Shown here: positions 9,736 through 21,910 of the stretch, one piece after another
Numbering within the stretch: position 1 is the stretch's first letter
Layout: the number at the start of each line of letters is the position of its first letter
From: Setoptus koraiensis
Taxonomy: Eukaryota > Animalia > Arthropoda
NCBI GenBank assembly: GCA_048013815.1
Contig: CM106585.1
Coordinates: forward strand, 5,704,001 to 5,768,000
Length of the DNA: 64,000 nucleotides
Reading direction: 5' to 3'
Made by a program: the position numbers and the translations under genes
Notes under the pieces: generated by a model
The model's database searches: none
Told to the model about the DNA's origin: nothing
Seen by the model: only the letters and a program-made list of their open reading frames with translations

Positions 9736-12700
9736 ATGAAAAAGAGACTTGAGTCCAAAGCAGACAACGCCGGTGATAGTGGCGGTCAGAATGACCCGAA
9801 CTCGCCGGGACAATCGCTGTCCTCTGCATTCATCCAATCTATCATAAACAACAGCGGCGTAGCCAAGACAAGCCACACAATACAATCAGGAGGCCCCTCC
9901 GGAGACAAAGAATCTCATCGGCAGCATGATGAACTGAAGTGGAATATAACAAACTCTGCACAAAATATAGTATCTGCTCTGGTGGATCCTAGCAAGCAGT
10001 ATGACTATGCTTTCCGTCGAGAATGGAGCAATACGTTCTCGTCAGGACCGTCCGGAATACCATCAAGTAAACTACTGAAATCAGCTTCGATGGCCAAAAG
10101 AGATGCAGAACTAAGAAGCAAACTGCGAGACTATCTAACTAAACTAGAGGAGAGAAGAATTATTAAACAGAAAGAGCTTCAAGACAAATTGTCTCAAGAA
10201 GATCAAATCCCGTCTAATCTGCCAGAAAATCATAGTAAATCTAGATCAGGCATCAAAAAAGTGCCAGATTTGTTCATGCACGATCAATTAGACTTATCAG
10301 ATTCGAAAACGTTTACAGCTATATTTGATCTACTGGTCCAAGACGTGCCTAAGAATTCGGAATCACAAAGTGAGCACACAAAAGATATCAATTCATCTAC
10401 AACATACAATAAATATACTTTCAATAAATTTCAGCTCAGACAGCTTCAAAAACAATTCACCGATTATCTGGATGCAATAGAGGAGAATCTAGCCGGACAG
10501 ATTAGTAATAGATCTGGAGACTTCTTTCAAGTTATGTCCTCGGTGGATTCTGTTATGGACGAAGTTTCCCTCGCTATTAAGAGTGTAACCAGCCTTAGGA
10601 AGAAATGTGCCACACTAAACAATGCTTTAATTCTACCAAATCTTCGGAATATACAATTGACTAAATCACGCAATAATGCTAACGAAGTATTGGTTAGGTT
10701 GAATAATATAGAAACCTTGTGCAGAGTGCAATCTAAAATACAGCTACTGTTATCGTCCTCAGATTTTGTTGGAGCACTAAATTTAATCGCAAAGTCACGA
10801 AGAATACTAGAAAATGAGCTTGTCGGCGTCGTTTGCCTCAGACACCTTGAATCTCAATTAAATGAAATAGAGAGAGTGATAGGAACCATGATGCAACAAG
10901 AATTTATAACTCTTATAACATCTGAGTGGAATCGACCTGTTCCGCCCACCCAAAATGGATACGCAATAGATCCTGATAATAATAGTAATGAGGCAAAACT
11001 CTTTGAACATGAACGTGTGCTTTCCATCGTCCAAGGTATGATAAGAATAAATAGATTGAATTTCGGGGAATATTTTCTACAAGAGGCCAGAATAGCGATT
11101 AGCACTTGTGTGAAACAAACTCTTATAGAGTTTTTGTCAGACGAAGATGATTGCATTGGCAGTGATGACAAAGTATCCCATGATGTTTACAAAACGGTCC
11201 AACTTATCAACTATACGAAATGGGTTGCCATGATAAAGATAGTATTTATTAATTTATTGTCCATACTAAAACGCATCAAGATAGTTTACAAGGTTATATT
11301 AAGTTCACTGGAGCAAGTAGAATCCTATTTATCAGATGGAAACAAATCAACTGTCACAGATTCGATCGCATTCCCGACTTCAGAAGAGGTGATAATTCCA
11401 GAGATCTTTCAAATGATTGATGCAGATGTTAAACAGAGTACTTTGAGCAGTGTCAGACAAGGCAAAAACGGACTCTCAACATCTTTTCAAGCAGTGTGCA
11501 ATTTCGCTAAACACTTGACAGTTAACTTAATAGAATGCCGCATAAAAGAGAGCAACTTTGATAAACTTTTGGCCACTGAATTTATCAATCTATCGAAATT
11601 GATAGAAGATTTTACTCGCGTCTTTTCGGACATATGTGATCGAGATCAACTGATTCTACGTTCTTTGTTGCAAACTCAAGCAGACAAATTTGTCAATAAA
11701 TTCCATGATGAACGCACTAAGAGAATTAAGTCTAATCTAGATATTGAGCAATGGAGAATGGTCGAAGAGATACCCGAGGATTTTCAACAATTAATCACCA
11801 ACATTGTCGATGATGGTATTCCATTGTGGCAATGTCTGGAGGCAGATAAGATCAAGGAGTATCAGCAACAGCAGTCTGGTAAGACCATCAAAGGTTCGTC
11901 GACACATGCCAATAATGATGTTAAAGATGTCTGTGATGTCCAACAACGAAAGAGTGAATTGCCCAAACAGGAGCAGGCCCAGAAAAAATCCGGCCGCTCA
12001 TCTGTGTTGGCCAACAAACAAAATTACGTGATAGTTAATTCTGCTATAAATCTCATAAGGACAATACTAGACTATTGCCGATGCGCTAATGATATTAAAT
12101 TTTTAAGCTCAGAGATTTTGGCTAGGCTATTCGAATTGTTACATCTGTACAATTCGACTACATATCAATTAGCTTCGTCATATTTACGCGCTGGGACACT
12201 TCAAGTGGGCGGATTGAAGACGATCACAGCAAGGAATTTGATTGTATCTCAGCGGAGTCTCAAGTTGATACTACTAGTTTTGCCATCTATACTTCAGCAT
12301 TTCGAAAGGCTTCTACCAGAGGACCATTGCTCAATGTTGAAACGTTTCGACGAGATCAGTCTGACGTTCAGAGATCACGCCGGAAAAATACCCGAACGTA
12401 TTACATCGAGAGTGAAGAACGTGATCAATAAATCGCTAGATATGTGGGAACCTAAACCGCCTGTACCATCGCCCCAGTTTTGTGCCGTATCTCAGCATCT
12501 CATGATGTTACATGACAATATCCAGGACGCTATGCCACATGATGATTTGAAGGAACTGTTCACAAAGATACACAAGACATTCAAGGACGTTCTAAGAAGC
12601 CATTTGATACGGCTGAGAATAGCCAATGATTCTGGGCCCCAGCAATGGTTGGTGACGCAAGAGCTGGCGTTTTACAAGATGAATGCCGCAAAATTAGCTG

Positions 12701-12783
12701 TTTTTAAATCGATGGATCTTGATTTTGATGACCTTTGGTCTAAATTGGATGCAGCACAGAATATTGGCCACAATGTGAGCTAG
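9736..12783 (+). CDS. VPS54: Vacuolar protein sorting-associated protein 54 (GARP complex subunit), intronless, 1015 aa
   Basis: LQKQFTDYLDAIEENLAGQISNRSGDFFQVM, GLKTITARNL and DSGPQQWLVTQELAFY match remembered Vps54 motifs. Confidence 0.92.
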   Translation: MKKRLESKADNAGDSGGQNDPNSPGQSLSSAFIQSIINNSGVAKTSHTIQSGGPSGDKESHRQHDELKWNITNSAQNIVSALVDPSKQYDYAFRREWSNTFSSGPSGIPSSKLLKSASMAKRDAELRSKLRDYLTKLEERRIIKQKELQDKLSQEDQIPSNLPENHSKSRSGIKKVPDLFMHDQLDLSDSKTFTAIFDLLVQDVPKNSESQSEHTKDINSSTTYNKYTFNKFQLRQLQKQFTDYLDAIEENLAGQISNRSGDFFQVMSSVDSVMDEVSLAIKSVTSLRKKCATLNNALILPNLRNIQLTKSRNNANEVLVRLNNIETLCRVQSKIQLLLSSSDFVGALNLIAKSRRILENELVGVVCLRHLESQLNEIERVIGTMMQQEFITLITSEWNRPVPPTQNGYAIDPDNNSNEAKLFEHERVLSIVQGMIRINRLNFGEYFLQEARIAISTCVKQTLIEFLSDEDDCIGSDDKVSHDVYKTVQLINYTKWVAMIKIVFINLLSILKRIKIVYKVILSSLEQVESYLSDGNKSTVTDSIAFPTSEEVIIPEIFQMIDADVKQSTLSSVRQGKNGLSTSFQAVCNFAKHLTVNLIECRIKESNFDKLLATEFINLSKLIEDFTRVFSDICDRDQLILRSLLQTQADKFVNKFHDERTKRIKSNLDIEQWRMVEEIPEDFQQLITNIVDDGIPLWQCLEADKIKEYQQQQSGKTIKGSSTHANNDVKDVCDVQQRKSELPKQEQAQKKSGRSSVLANKQNYVIVNSAINLIRTILDYCRCANDIKFLSSEILARLFELLHLYNSTTYQLASSYLRAGTLQVGGLKTITARNLIVSQRSLKLILLVLPSILQHFERLLPEDHCSMLKRFDEISLTFRDHAGKIPERITSRVKNVINKSLDMWEPKPPVPSPQFCAVSQHLMMLHDNIQDAMPHDDLKELFTKIHKTFKDVLRSHLIRLRIANDSGPQQWLVTQELAFYKMNAAKLAVFKSMDLDFDDLWSKLDAAQNIGHNVS

Positions 12784-12808
12784 CAATCAATCAACTGTAG
12801 ACAGTGCG

Positions 12809-12823
12809 ATAAAATAAAATAAA
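12809..12823 (+). terminator. Tandem AATAAA polyadenylation signals of VPS54
   Basis: ATAAAATAAAATAAA lies about 25 nt after the stop codon. Confidence 0.65.
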
Positions 12824-15800
12824 TTATTTTGAATAAAGAGATCAAGATCCTGCTGCTTTGTTGACTTAATCGCATTATAGGCTTGCATCAGCCAGGTCGT
12901 TGATGTTGAAATGTTTGATTATCTGCTCCTTATTCAAACTGCGTGTGTTTCCATATTTAGCTAGCATATCCAGTGTGGTATTTATATAGTTTGCAGGTGA
13001 CGTCAGGAAGTGGATTGTTTTTGTTGCGCATCATGCATAATACATGTAGTTATGCAACTATTGCATAACTATTGAATTTCAGTAATTTGATCTATTGATT
13101 TCGTGCGCGGCATGTTACGGTATGTTATACTTAATTGATTAGAAGGGCCGTCAATTGATGCAAAAACTGCCACCCAAATCCCTTGGCCCGAAGCTGTCTA
13201 GTTAGTCTCCTTGTAGTTGTGTCATCAGATGCTACAACAAGCGCTGTCATGTCAGACATCGAGGCACGTGTCTGACACGATTTCTGGCATGCCAATTGGT
13301 CTGTTGGGCAATTCATTCAAAACTTTACACTGGCATCTAATGTTACCTTGGCTGCCGGTGTTGGCTCTGTAGCGGTAGCAAAGGTTCGCTATATTAGTTA
13401 TTGGCTCTGCTATAGTGAATATCTCTAAATCATTTGTATAATCGAGGAATGTTAATGTTGGGCAAGCAAGCAGCGTTATGCGAAAGTCGATAAAGGTCAT
13501 CCGTACAATTTGTAGAATTATCAGCCTCATTTTGAGTCTATAGAATGACACATGATTGGACTGAACAGTTATAACTAACAGCTAACAGCTAAATAGGCCC
13601 GTTCCACTTTTTCAAAGAAACAACTCGGCAAGCGGGGGCCAGTTGGGCGTCTGGCGAGCAGCCATGATACATAAGCCATACATAAGTGGAGCGAGAGCGT
13701 AAGTTTTGTTGGCTGAATAGTGGGCATTTTTGTGACGGTGTCCGATTGCAATTGGTTGAGCTGTGCGGCGATAATGGCGCCCGCCGATGACAGTTAATTA
13801 GCCACACTCACATTGTCAGATATTTCGCTGGCTCGCACATATAGCCGGCCAATGTCGCCTGCTAAATGGGTCTAGTCTCACGCGGGTCGTCGCAGATAGG
13901 CCGGCAAGGGAGAGCGGAGCGGGAGAGATCGGGAGAGAGAGTAGGACAGTGGTGTATATGTGTGAATAATAATAGTAATCTACCCACTTAAGTATACAAT
14001 GTCTCTCTTTTGATAGAGTACAGAATGAATTCTGTCTCCAATTTCCATCGTTGCAGTCAACCTCGTTTTGCTTTTGCTTTCTTTTCACGGCATCACCACT
14101 GGCGATTGGGCTGGCTGGCGGTGGCAGTGGCAGAGAAAAGAAAACTATTTATATTATTGGCTACAGCGCTCTCAACAAATGTTATCCAATGTGTATTTGA
14201 TTTATGGCGTAACTGTGGCCGGCCGGCCGGCCGGCCAGCAGCAGTAGCGGCAACTAGGATTTCGTCGTGTGGTTGGCGTTGTTGCTGCCGTTGCTGTTGT
14301 TGCTGGCGCTGGAGATTCTGGCAGAGATTGTGTGGAGCAGCAAGAGAAGAAGAAGAAGAAGCCACTTAATGACATCGATTTGTTGGCCGCTGCTACAGTT
14401 ATACCTGTTTATAGCGCCAGCCACAATGCGATAAGACCGGCTGACGGTTTGAGTTAGTTACAATTGGGCTTTGTTCGCACAATACCGTGCACTTGATAGT
14501 TGCAGCGGCCAACAACCAACGGCAACAGCAACAACGGCAACAGCAGCGGCAACAACAACTGCACTGATGATGATAATGGGCTAACAAACCAAAATAGACA
14601 AGTTCAATGGCTCTCAATGTTGCCCAATTTAGCTGCTGGCCGGCGAGCTGGCTGGCGAGCTAGCGGGCAGCAGTGAAAAGCAGCAGCAGCAGCAAGTGAA
14701 AAGAACGGCGCAAACTTGAATTGAATCTGTCTTTTCATTTTCACTATTTGCGCCGACACACACACCTGAGCACATTTCAGCGTCCATTTATCCTTTATCG
14801 CTGCCTCCATTTCTTGTCGCTGCTTCTATTCTGGGCAACATGATGCTGCAAGTTGTTGCTGCTGCTGCTGCTGCTCGATGTTGAACTTGCGGCAGAACAA
14901 CAACAATGGGCATGATAATCCACCTACGAGCCGCCGCTTACTTGAGAGAGTTGCTGGCAAGTTGCGAGGTGAGCTCAGGTGAGCGACGGAGCTCAGGTGA
15001 GCGCCAGAGATCAGGTTTGCAGCTTGTTGCTTGGCCACTGCTGGACGGTGATGGGTTGTTCATGTCCATGTACTTGCATTGTTGGTCTGGCGTGCTTTTG
15101 CAATGGAGCGCGCCTATACAGGCCTCAAACCAGTCCGGCTGCGACCGGCGACTCGACGCAGCAACTTGATTCATTCATTCTCGATTGCGGCAACTGCATC
15201 GAGTTGCCGCCGAATGGATCGCAAATACTCGCTGCTACTCACGGCGCAACTGACAGCAGCAGCAGCTTGTGTGAGTTAGCAGCGGCCTGAGAAGCGGCCA
15301 GCAACTAGTGGTCGGGCCAGCATCTCGCCTAGACGCTTCTTTAGGTCACAGGGACAATGACTTCTCACGGAGTCTCGTGTGCGGTCATGCCGCTTTCCAT
15401 TTCTTCGCACTTGTCTGCCCTCCAATCTCGGCGCTCAACTCTCTCGCTCTCTCACTCTCTCGCTCTCGCTCGGCGAGACTGGCCTGTCCGTGGGCCGCAA
15501 GTCGGCGCACTGGACAGGCCACAGTCTGTCCGAGCCTCGAGTGTCGAGCCTCGAGTGCCGCGCTTCGAGACTCTCGAATCGAGGGTCGAGAGTCGGCGCC
15601 GAGCCGGCTGCCAGTGAGAGCGGCCGGGATCAGACTCGCTGCTGGTCGGCGGCCGGTCGGCCAGCCAGCAACCTGTTCGCTGGCCTTTGGCAGCGCCACA
15701 AATAACTCTCTCGCTCTGAAAGTCGCACAGTCGGCCCGCTGGTTGTGAGAGCCGGCCCGAGCCGAACGCAGCCGGGCCGGCCGAGAAGAAGAGCGACGGC

Positions 15801-16122
15801 CAAGAAGTGAGAGTTTGCTATTTAGGGAATGAGCCAGGGCGCGGTCATGACACCGCCGCAACTGGCGAGCGCTTTATATAGCTTCGCATAGCCGGTCGCG
15901 TATGGCCAATGGCGGCGCCGGCCATGGGATAGGCGAGCGCCATTGAATGGAACGAGCGCTACTTTCAATGCGACTCAGCGCTCACTAGACGAGCGATCTA
16001 GGCAAATTGCAAATTCAATTCTGTGTGATCGCTATTTCGGTTCGCACAGCGCCGATTCATTCAGCCTTGGCCAAGTTGGCCCGTTAACGAGACAGCTCGC
16101 CTTTGTTGTCGGTGGTGTCGTT

Positions 16123-16153
<31 letters not shown>

Positions 16154-16254
16154 CTGCTGTTGTTGCCGTTGTTGTCGTTGCGCATCAACAGTTGACGATG
16201 AACGTCGACGCAACGGTCGCCGCTCGGTCGCCGCTCGGTCGCCGCTCGGCCGCC

Positions 16255-16361
16255 ACTGACAACACTGACAACGCTGACGACGCTGACGACGCTGACGACG
16301 CTGACGACGCTGACGACGCTGACAACACTGACAACACTGACAACACCGACGACACTGACAG
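16255..16361. repeat. 9-bp minisatellite (GACGACGCT/GACAACACT), about 12 copies
   Basis: Directly visible tandem array. Confidence 0.9.
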
Positions 16362-17865
16362 CGCCAACAGCTGACGGCTGACAGCCGACGGCGGCCAGCT
16401 CGGCAAGCCGGGCGAGCAAACTCGTTAGCGATTGTGTGGCTGGCGCACTGATGTTGCTGCTGGCCGCGATGCAGTTGTTGTCGATGCCGTTGTTGTCGGC
16501 GCTGTTGTTGTTGTCGCTGTTGTGGCCGCTGGCCGCTCGGGCCGACGCACAAGCGAAAGGGCGATGTGACCGAGCAACAGCGTGTATAAATAACGGAGCC
16601 GGCCCAACGGTCGCGCTGACAATGAAAGCCGATGACGCAACGAAAGTCTTTGTTTCTGGCGTCGGCGAGCGACTCAGCGGCCGCACTGGCGAGCGACTCA
16701 GCGATGCCCGCTAACCTAGTAACGTTTTGCGCTGAGTCGCTGCCAGTCTCGCCGTGTGAGAGACCCTTTCGCCCGAGACACAGCGCATATAAATAGAAAC
16801 TTTCAATTACAGTTCAACGGCGACTTGCTGCACTTGTCAGCGCCAAATGGTCGCTTGACGGGGCTTGTGACGGCCGTGTTGCCCAAGTTGGCCACCGATC
16901 GGGCACACACTGGGTGTGCAGTGTCTCATTTCATCGATTGCTGACTGCTGTTCGCTGATTGCTGATTGCGTTTGTGTCGCCGAGCGGCCACTTGTGGCTG
17001 TCGCTGATCGCTGGCCGACCATCTCGAGCTTCAGCTCGTCGCTCGGTCGCCGTTGCAGCGACCATGGCGACGGTCGCGACAATCGCCTCGGTCGCTACAA
17101 GCCCGAGCTGATAAAGTGATTAATGCGCCCATCGATCGTCGCTGCAATCCGATGATGCACTTGTCGTCACACCATCGCCGTTGCCATTGCCTAGCCGGTC
17201 GCGCTTGCCGCGTCACATGAACGCAACACATAAATGCAGCATATAAAACAAATACCACGACAAGCTCGTTTTATTTTATTATTATAATCATGTTGTTTGC
17301 CATTTTCACACTTGCATCATATGCTTATCATATGACTATTATACTGCATGACTACAACGAAGCTGCCCAGATAAACTTTGCACCCGCCTGTTGTGGATAT
17401 TCGTCTGTTGTGGATCTGTGGTTCATCTGTCCGGATCGATATACACAATGCTGGCAAATTGTGCATATTATCCAGCCAGTCGAGCATCCAAACAGCCGGC
17501 TCGCCAAATGGAGAGTCTGTAGTGTTTTTGGGCCCATCATTTGTGCCTCCATCACAATGATAGCATCATTTGTGCCTCTGTCATACTGACAGTGTCATTT
17601 GTGGCTCGTGTGGCGCGGCCTTGGCAAGATCGTCGGCTGTTGTCTTGGTCGGGCGCAGTTGATGGCCAGACCGACTAGAGAGCCGAAAAATTGCCAATGA
17701 GAGTGAGCCGCAAAACTGGCTCGGATGGTCGCAATGGCAACAGGCATATTGCATGCATATTGCGCTATAGTGGATGATTTTGTGTCAAGGTGGCTGCCGT
17801 GAACTTGCACTAGATCGCATTCATTAGGGCAACCATTTAAGCTTTTCGGCGCCAAACAAACAATG

Positions 17866-18000
17866 CCAACCGACAGCGACAGCAGCAACAACAGCAACAA
17901 CAACGACAACAACAACGACAACAACAACAGCAGCAACAGCGACAACAACAACAACAACAACAGCGACAACAACAACGACAGCGACAACAACAACGACAGC
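17866..18000. repeat. Compound (CAA/CAG/GAC)n trinucleotide tract
   Basis: Directly visible. Confidence 0.85.
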
Positions 18001-18780
18001 CAGTAGCTGGTGTGCCAATGGCAACTGGCTGGCTGGCTGGCTGGCTGCTATTAATAATAATGATTGCAATGATCCCAACGAAAACAAAATATATATCATT
18101 AACAGCAATTACACAGGGCGATAAACAGGGCATTGTTATTAATATTGCCTATACTTGTCTCGCTACACACAACTCGGGCCGCTTTTATGGATACTTTACT
18201 TTTGTCTGGATTGTAGTAATTAGTCAATTACGACGGCTGGTGTCATCTCGCTTGCTCGTCGTCCGTCGTTGGTCTCTTTGTTTTGAGCCCGTTTATACAT
18301 GAATGACTTGCGTTCTTTTCGGTTGTTTTCACTTCAAACTTTTAAGGTCAGCGCGAGTTTGTTGTGTTCGTGCAATATCAATCAATCTGTTCGAATGCTG
18401 GCTGTCAAATTGACTCTAATCACTCTCTGGCTGGATCACGTGCCAACGATGCCCATCATCATGCTAATCGTCTGCAACTTGCCAGTCGATAGTGACTACT
18501 AGTCACTGACTAGTGACTGGCGCTTGCGACAGCGGCACTGGGCGCCCAGGTGAGCCCAGCACCGTTCGTCGGCCGATCTGCTAATCATAATTCACGAATC
18601 ATGATTCCTGATTGGTGAATCGGCCAACAGGGCGCCAAACTGTCAAGTTGACAGTGTCAAGTTGGCGACTGTCAAGCTGCAAAGCTTGCAAAAAGTTGCA
18701 ACAAAACCAACAACAATCAATTGGCCATCGAGACACCGTGGGTTGCGTTAATGTATATAGATAAATATATACTCGCTATT

Positions 18781-18980
18781 TGATAGAATTCTTTAATTAA
18801 TCTTAAATTATTAATATTAATTATGTTAATAATAATACAATGGTGACAATAATTTTAATCAATAATAATAATAATATTAATAATGACAATAATATTAATG
18901 ATGCTAATAATAATAATAAAATAATAATAATAATATTAATAATAATAATAATATTAATTTGTGTGTGTGTGTGTGTGTGA
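18781..18980 (-). promoter_or_regulatory. Very AT-rich (TAA)n block followed by (GT)n; reads (UAU)n in the probable Tis11 3' UTR
   Basis: Almost pure A/T for about 180 bp, 1 kb downstream of the Tis11 stop codon. A regulatory role is inferred. Confidence 0.5.
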
Positions 18981-19972
18981 TAGTGATCTTGGTGATAATA
19001 TCAGTTAATTAGTTATATTAGCCAATTAACCAATAGCTAACAACTATAATACTGGTGACAATGGCTGATGTGTGTTACACTGTATGTTAGTTGCTAGTTG
19101 CGTTCGGCTAGACAAGCAACTCTCAATTAAGCTACTCTCAATTATATAGATAAATACGTGCCAGCTATATCTAGATGCATCTTGGTGATATACTGTGTGT
19201 GATTTATTGATTGATATTTGCTTGGCGTATATCATCATCGTCAGCTTCATCGTATCAGTGGCAAGATCAGTGATAATGATGATACTATACTGCATGGTAT
19301 ATATACTGGTGGTATTGACTGGCTGGCTGGCTGGTCACGCTCTAGATATAATTGTTGCTGTTGTTGTTGTTATTATTTCGAAAGTATGAGATCTATTCTC
19401 TTGATTGAAGACATACGGTAATGTTCCCGAAACGATACCATCATGATGGTGGCGTTAAATGTTGTTTTGTTGTCCAACTAAATATAATAATAATAATAGT
19501 AATAGTAATAATAATAATCGTTTATCACCGTCGTCATCACCACAACAACATATCACCGTCTAATCACGCTGTTTAATCTGTCGCTTAATTAACAACAACA
19601 ACAACAACAACAATTGTTCGTGTGTGTCTTGCTTATGTCGGCATGGATAGATTCTGCAAATAATATTAATAATAATAATAGTAGTTGTAATAATAATAAT
19701 AATATTAATAGTAGTGATGGTTTTAGCTTCGCGCGTCCAAACTGTGTGTCCCAATGTGTAAGTGTTTGCCGGACTCTTTCTCAGATGGTGCCCGCGTGGC
19801 GACAAACAGCCAATAATTAATAATTACTTTTTACAATTTACTCACTAGTGATGATAATATGATGATGCCTCGCCTGATTTGTGTGTGGTTGTCAGTTTGT
19901 CAGCTAATCACGAATATAAATGTGTGTGTGTGTGTGGAACTTGACGACTCAACTAATTAATTGCTCAATTAA

Positions 19973-21460
19973 TTAAGCAGAGGACGAGGTCGACGACGAC
20001 GACGACGATGAGAATAGCGATGATGAGAAATTTGTTGGCGAGGCCGGCAACGAGTTGGAGGATGAGGACGACGACGAGGCCAACGACGACGATGTGTGGT
20101 CAGTGATGATGGACGACGGTTGTTTGTTGACGTTGACGGACGAGCCAACCAACGACGATACGTGATGATGGTGATTGTGATGATTGTGATGATTATGGTG
20201 ATTGTGATGATTGTGATGCTGCTGCTGAAGCTTGCTGTGATGGCTAGATGAATGATTCAAATGATGGCTAATGACATGATGGGCGCCTAATTGGTGTTGC
20301 ATGGGAAGCTGATGAAGATGATGATGATTGTGATGATTGTTGGTCATGTTGTTGACGGCGGCTATGCTGTTGGCGGCGTTAATTAAGGTATTATGATGAT
20401 AACTATTGTTCATTTGGGTCGATTGGTTTGTCGGAGAGCCGGCGTTGCTGCTGGCGCCACTTGCGGGCGCACCGTGGCCCGTGGACAGGCTGCCGCTACC
20501 GGACAGGCCGTTGCTGGACAGGCCGTTGCTGGACAGGTGAGCCAGGTTGCCTGTTGGGGCCTTGCTAGAGTTGTTGATGTTGTTGCCGTTAGTTGTTGTT
20601 GTTGTGGTCGAGTTGTCCAAACCGTTGACCGCTTGGCCGACATTGATCGGATTCAGGGCGCTCAGCTGATGGCCGACGGCGCCCAGCTTGTTGACGGCCG
20701 ACATGACGACATGATGGTCGTGCAGCAGAACCTGATCCACGTCCCCATCAACGTCGTGCAAATTTCCCGACGACGAGTGGTGGCCGTGCGACGAGTCCGA
20801 AGACGACGACGAGTCACTATTGTCAAATGAGTGCACCGACGAGTGGGTCAGCAACGAAGCGGACAGTGTCGACATGAGCGTCTTCTTTGAATTTTCACTA
20901 TTGTGTATAAAATGACACCGTGGACCGTACGGACAAAATCCGGTTGTGTGAAAGGTGCGACAAAATTCAGTCTTGTATTTGGGGTGTCGGGCGAGCGTTC
21001 TGAGCTCGTTGATGCCGTGCGCAAATTGACATTTTTCGCCGTATTTGCAGCAGCCGTTTTCCTCGAAGGGCCGACACAGCTCAGTCTTGTATCTGGATGA
21101 ATTTTGTTGCTGCTGTTGCTGTTGTTGTTGCTGGCTGTTTGTTTGCTGGCCAGCGGACGGCTGCTGCTGCTGCTGCTGCGAAATGGGTATCGCCGGCGAC
21201 GATTTCGGGGGCGACTGTAGGTGGTTGTGACTTTGGTTGTTTGCTTGTTGCGCGCCGCCGCTCTTGTTGTGACTCTGCTGTTGGCCGGCCAGCGGTTGTT
21301 GGTCGTGCTGCTGCTGGTGCTGGTGAGAGTGGTGCTGGTGCGGGTGGTGGCGATGGTGGTCGGCCGTTTGCTGTTGGTGCAACAGGCCCGCGCCCGCCGG
21401 ATGGTGCCCGGCCGAGTGGTGCAAGTGGCTGAGCAGGTGGTGCAAGCTGGACATTGTCAT
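19973..21460 (-). CDS. Tis11: Tis11/ZFP36 (tristetraprolin-family) tandem CCCH zinc-finger ARE-binding protein, about 495 aa, with polyQ/H/S tracts
   Basis: [26 protein letters not shown]...[26 protein letters not shown] (two C-x8-C-x5-C-x3-H fingers with the YKTE lead-ins). The first ATG is at 21460; the listed ORF start at 21625 is a TTG. Confidence 0.95.
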   Translation of the reverse strand: MTMSSLHHLLSHLHHSAGHHPAGAGLLHQQQTADHHRHHPHQHHSHQHQQQHDQQPLAGQQQSHNKSGGAQQANNQSHNHLQSPPKSSPAIPISQQQQQQPSAGQQTNSQQQQQQQQQQNSSRYKTELCRPFEENGCCKYGEKCQFAHGINELRTLARHPKYKTEFCRTFHTTGFCPYGPRCHFIHNSENSKKTLMSTLSASLLTHSSVHSFDNSDSSSSSDSSHGHHSSSGNLHDVDGDVDQVLLHDHHVVMSAVNKLGAVGHQLSALNPINVGQAVNGLDNSTTTTTTNGNNINNSSKAPTGNLAHLSSNGLSSNGLSGSGSLSTGHGAPASGASSNAGSPTNQSTQMNNSYHHNTLINAANSIAAVNNMTNNHHNHHHLHQLPMQHQLGAHHVISHHLNHSSSHHSKLQQQHHNHHNHHNHHNHHNHHHHVSSLVGSSVNVNKQPSSIITDHTSSSLASSSSSSSNSLPASPTNFSSSLFSSSSSSSTSSSA

Positions 21461-21554
21461 GGTGCTGGCCGCTGGGTGCTGCCGATGGCGGTTGGTCGAC
21501 TGGTCAGTTGGTCGATCGTTCACGTTCGGTTGGTGGATCTTTGAGTTGGTCGAA

Positions 21555-21910
21555 TGTTCAATTGATCGAATGTTCAATATGTCGATTGTTCGATAGGTCG
21601 ATTGTTCAATAGGTCGATTGTTCAATATGTCGATTGGCTATTTGGTCGATTGTTCAGTTGGTCGATTGGCTATTTGGCTGATTGGGTGGTCACCGGTTGC
21701 TGTGGGACCGCTATGGGCTGGCTGTGACTGGACTGACTGACGTAACTGGCGTATAACTGGCGTATAACTGGCATATAACTGGCATATAACTGATAACGTG
21801 TAACTGATATAGGGGGCGCGATTGTGGGTTGCGCCGGCCGCTGGTGCGACTGGGGCCGATAAACTGAGACTGGGGCCGACAAACTGAGACGGGCGCCGAT
21901 AAACTGGGGC
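21555..21910. repeat. Stacked short tandem repeats upstream of Tis11: a GGTCGATTGTTCAAT-like unit, an 11-mer TATAACTGGC(G/A), and a 20-mer ACTGGGGCCGATAAACTGAG x3 (21849-21908)
   Basis: Directly visible. Confidence 0.8.

Noticed and set aside
17615-17700. pre-miR-31 hairpin, and LAIFRLS (minus strand) as a Tis11 NOT1-binding exon
   Set aside because: No complementary star arm forms a precursor hairpin. LAIFRLS lacks the RLP core, and no matching donor was found in Tis11.
21461-21625. 55-aa N-terminal extension of Tis11 in the ORF track
   Set aside because: It starts at TTG and is translated tandem-repeat sequence.
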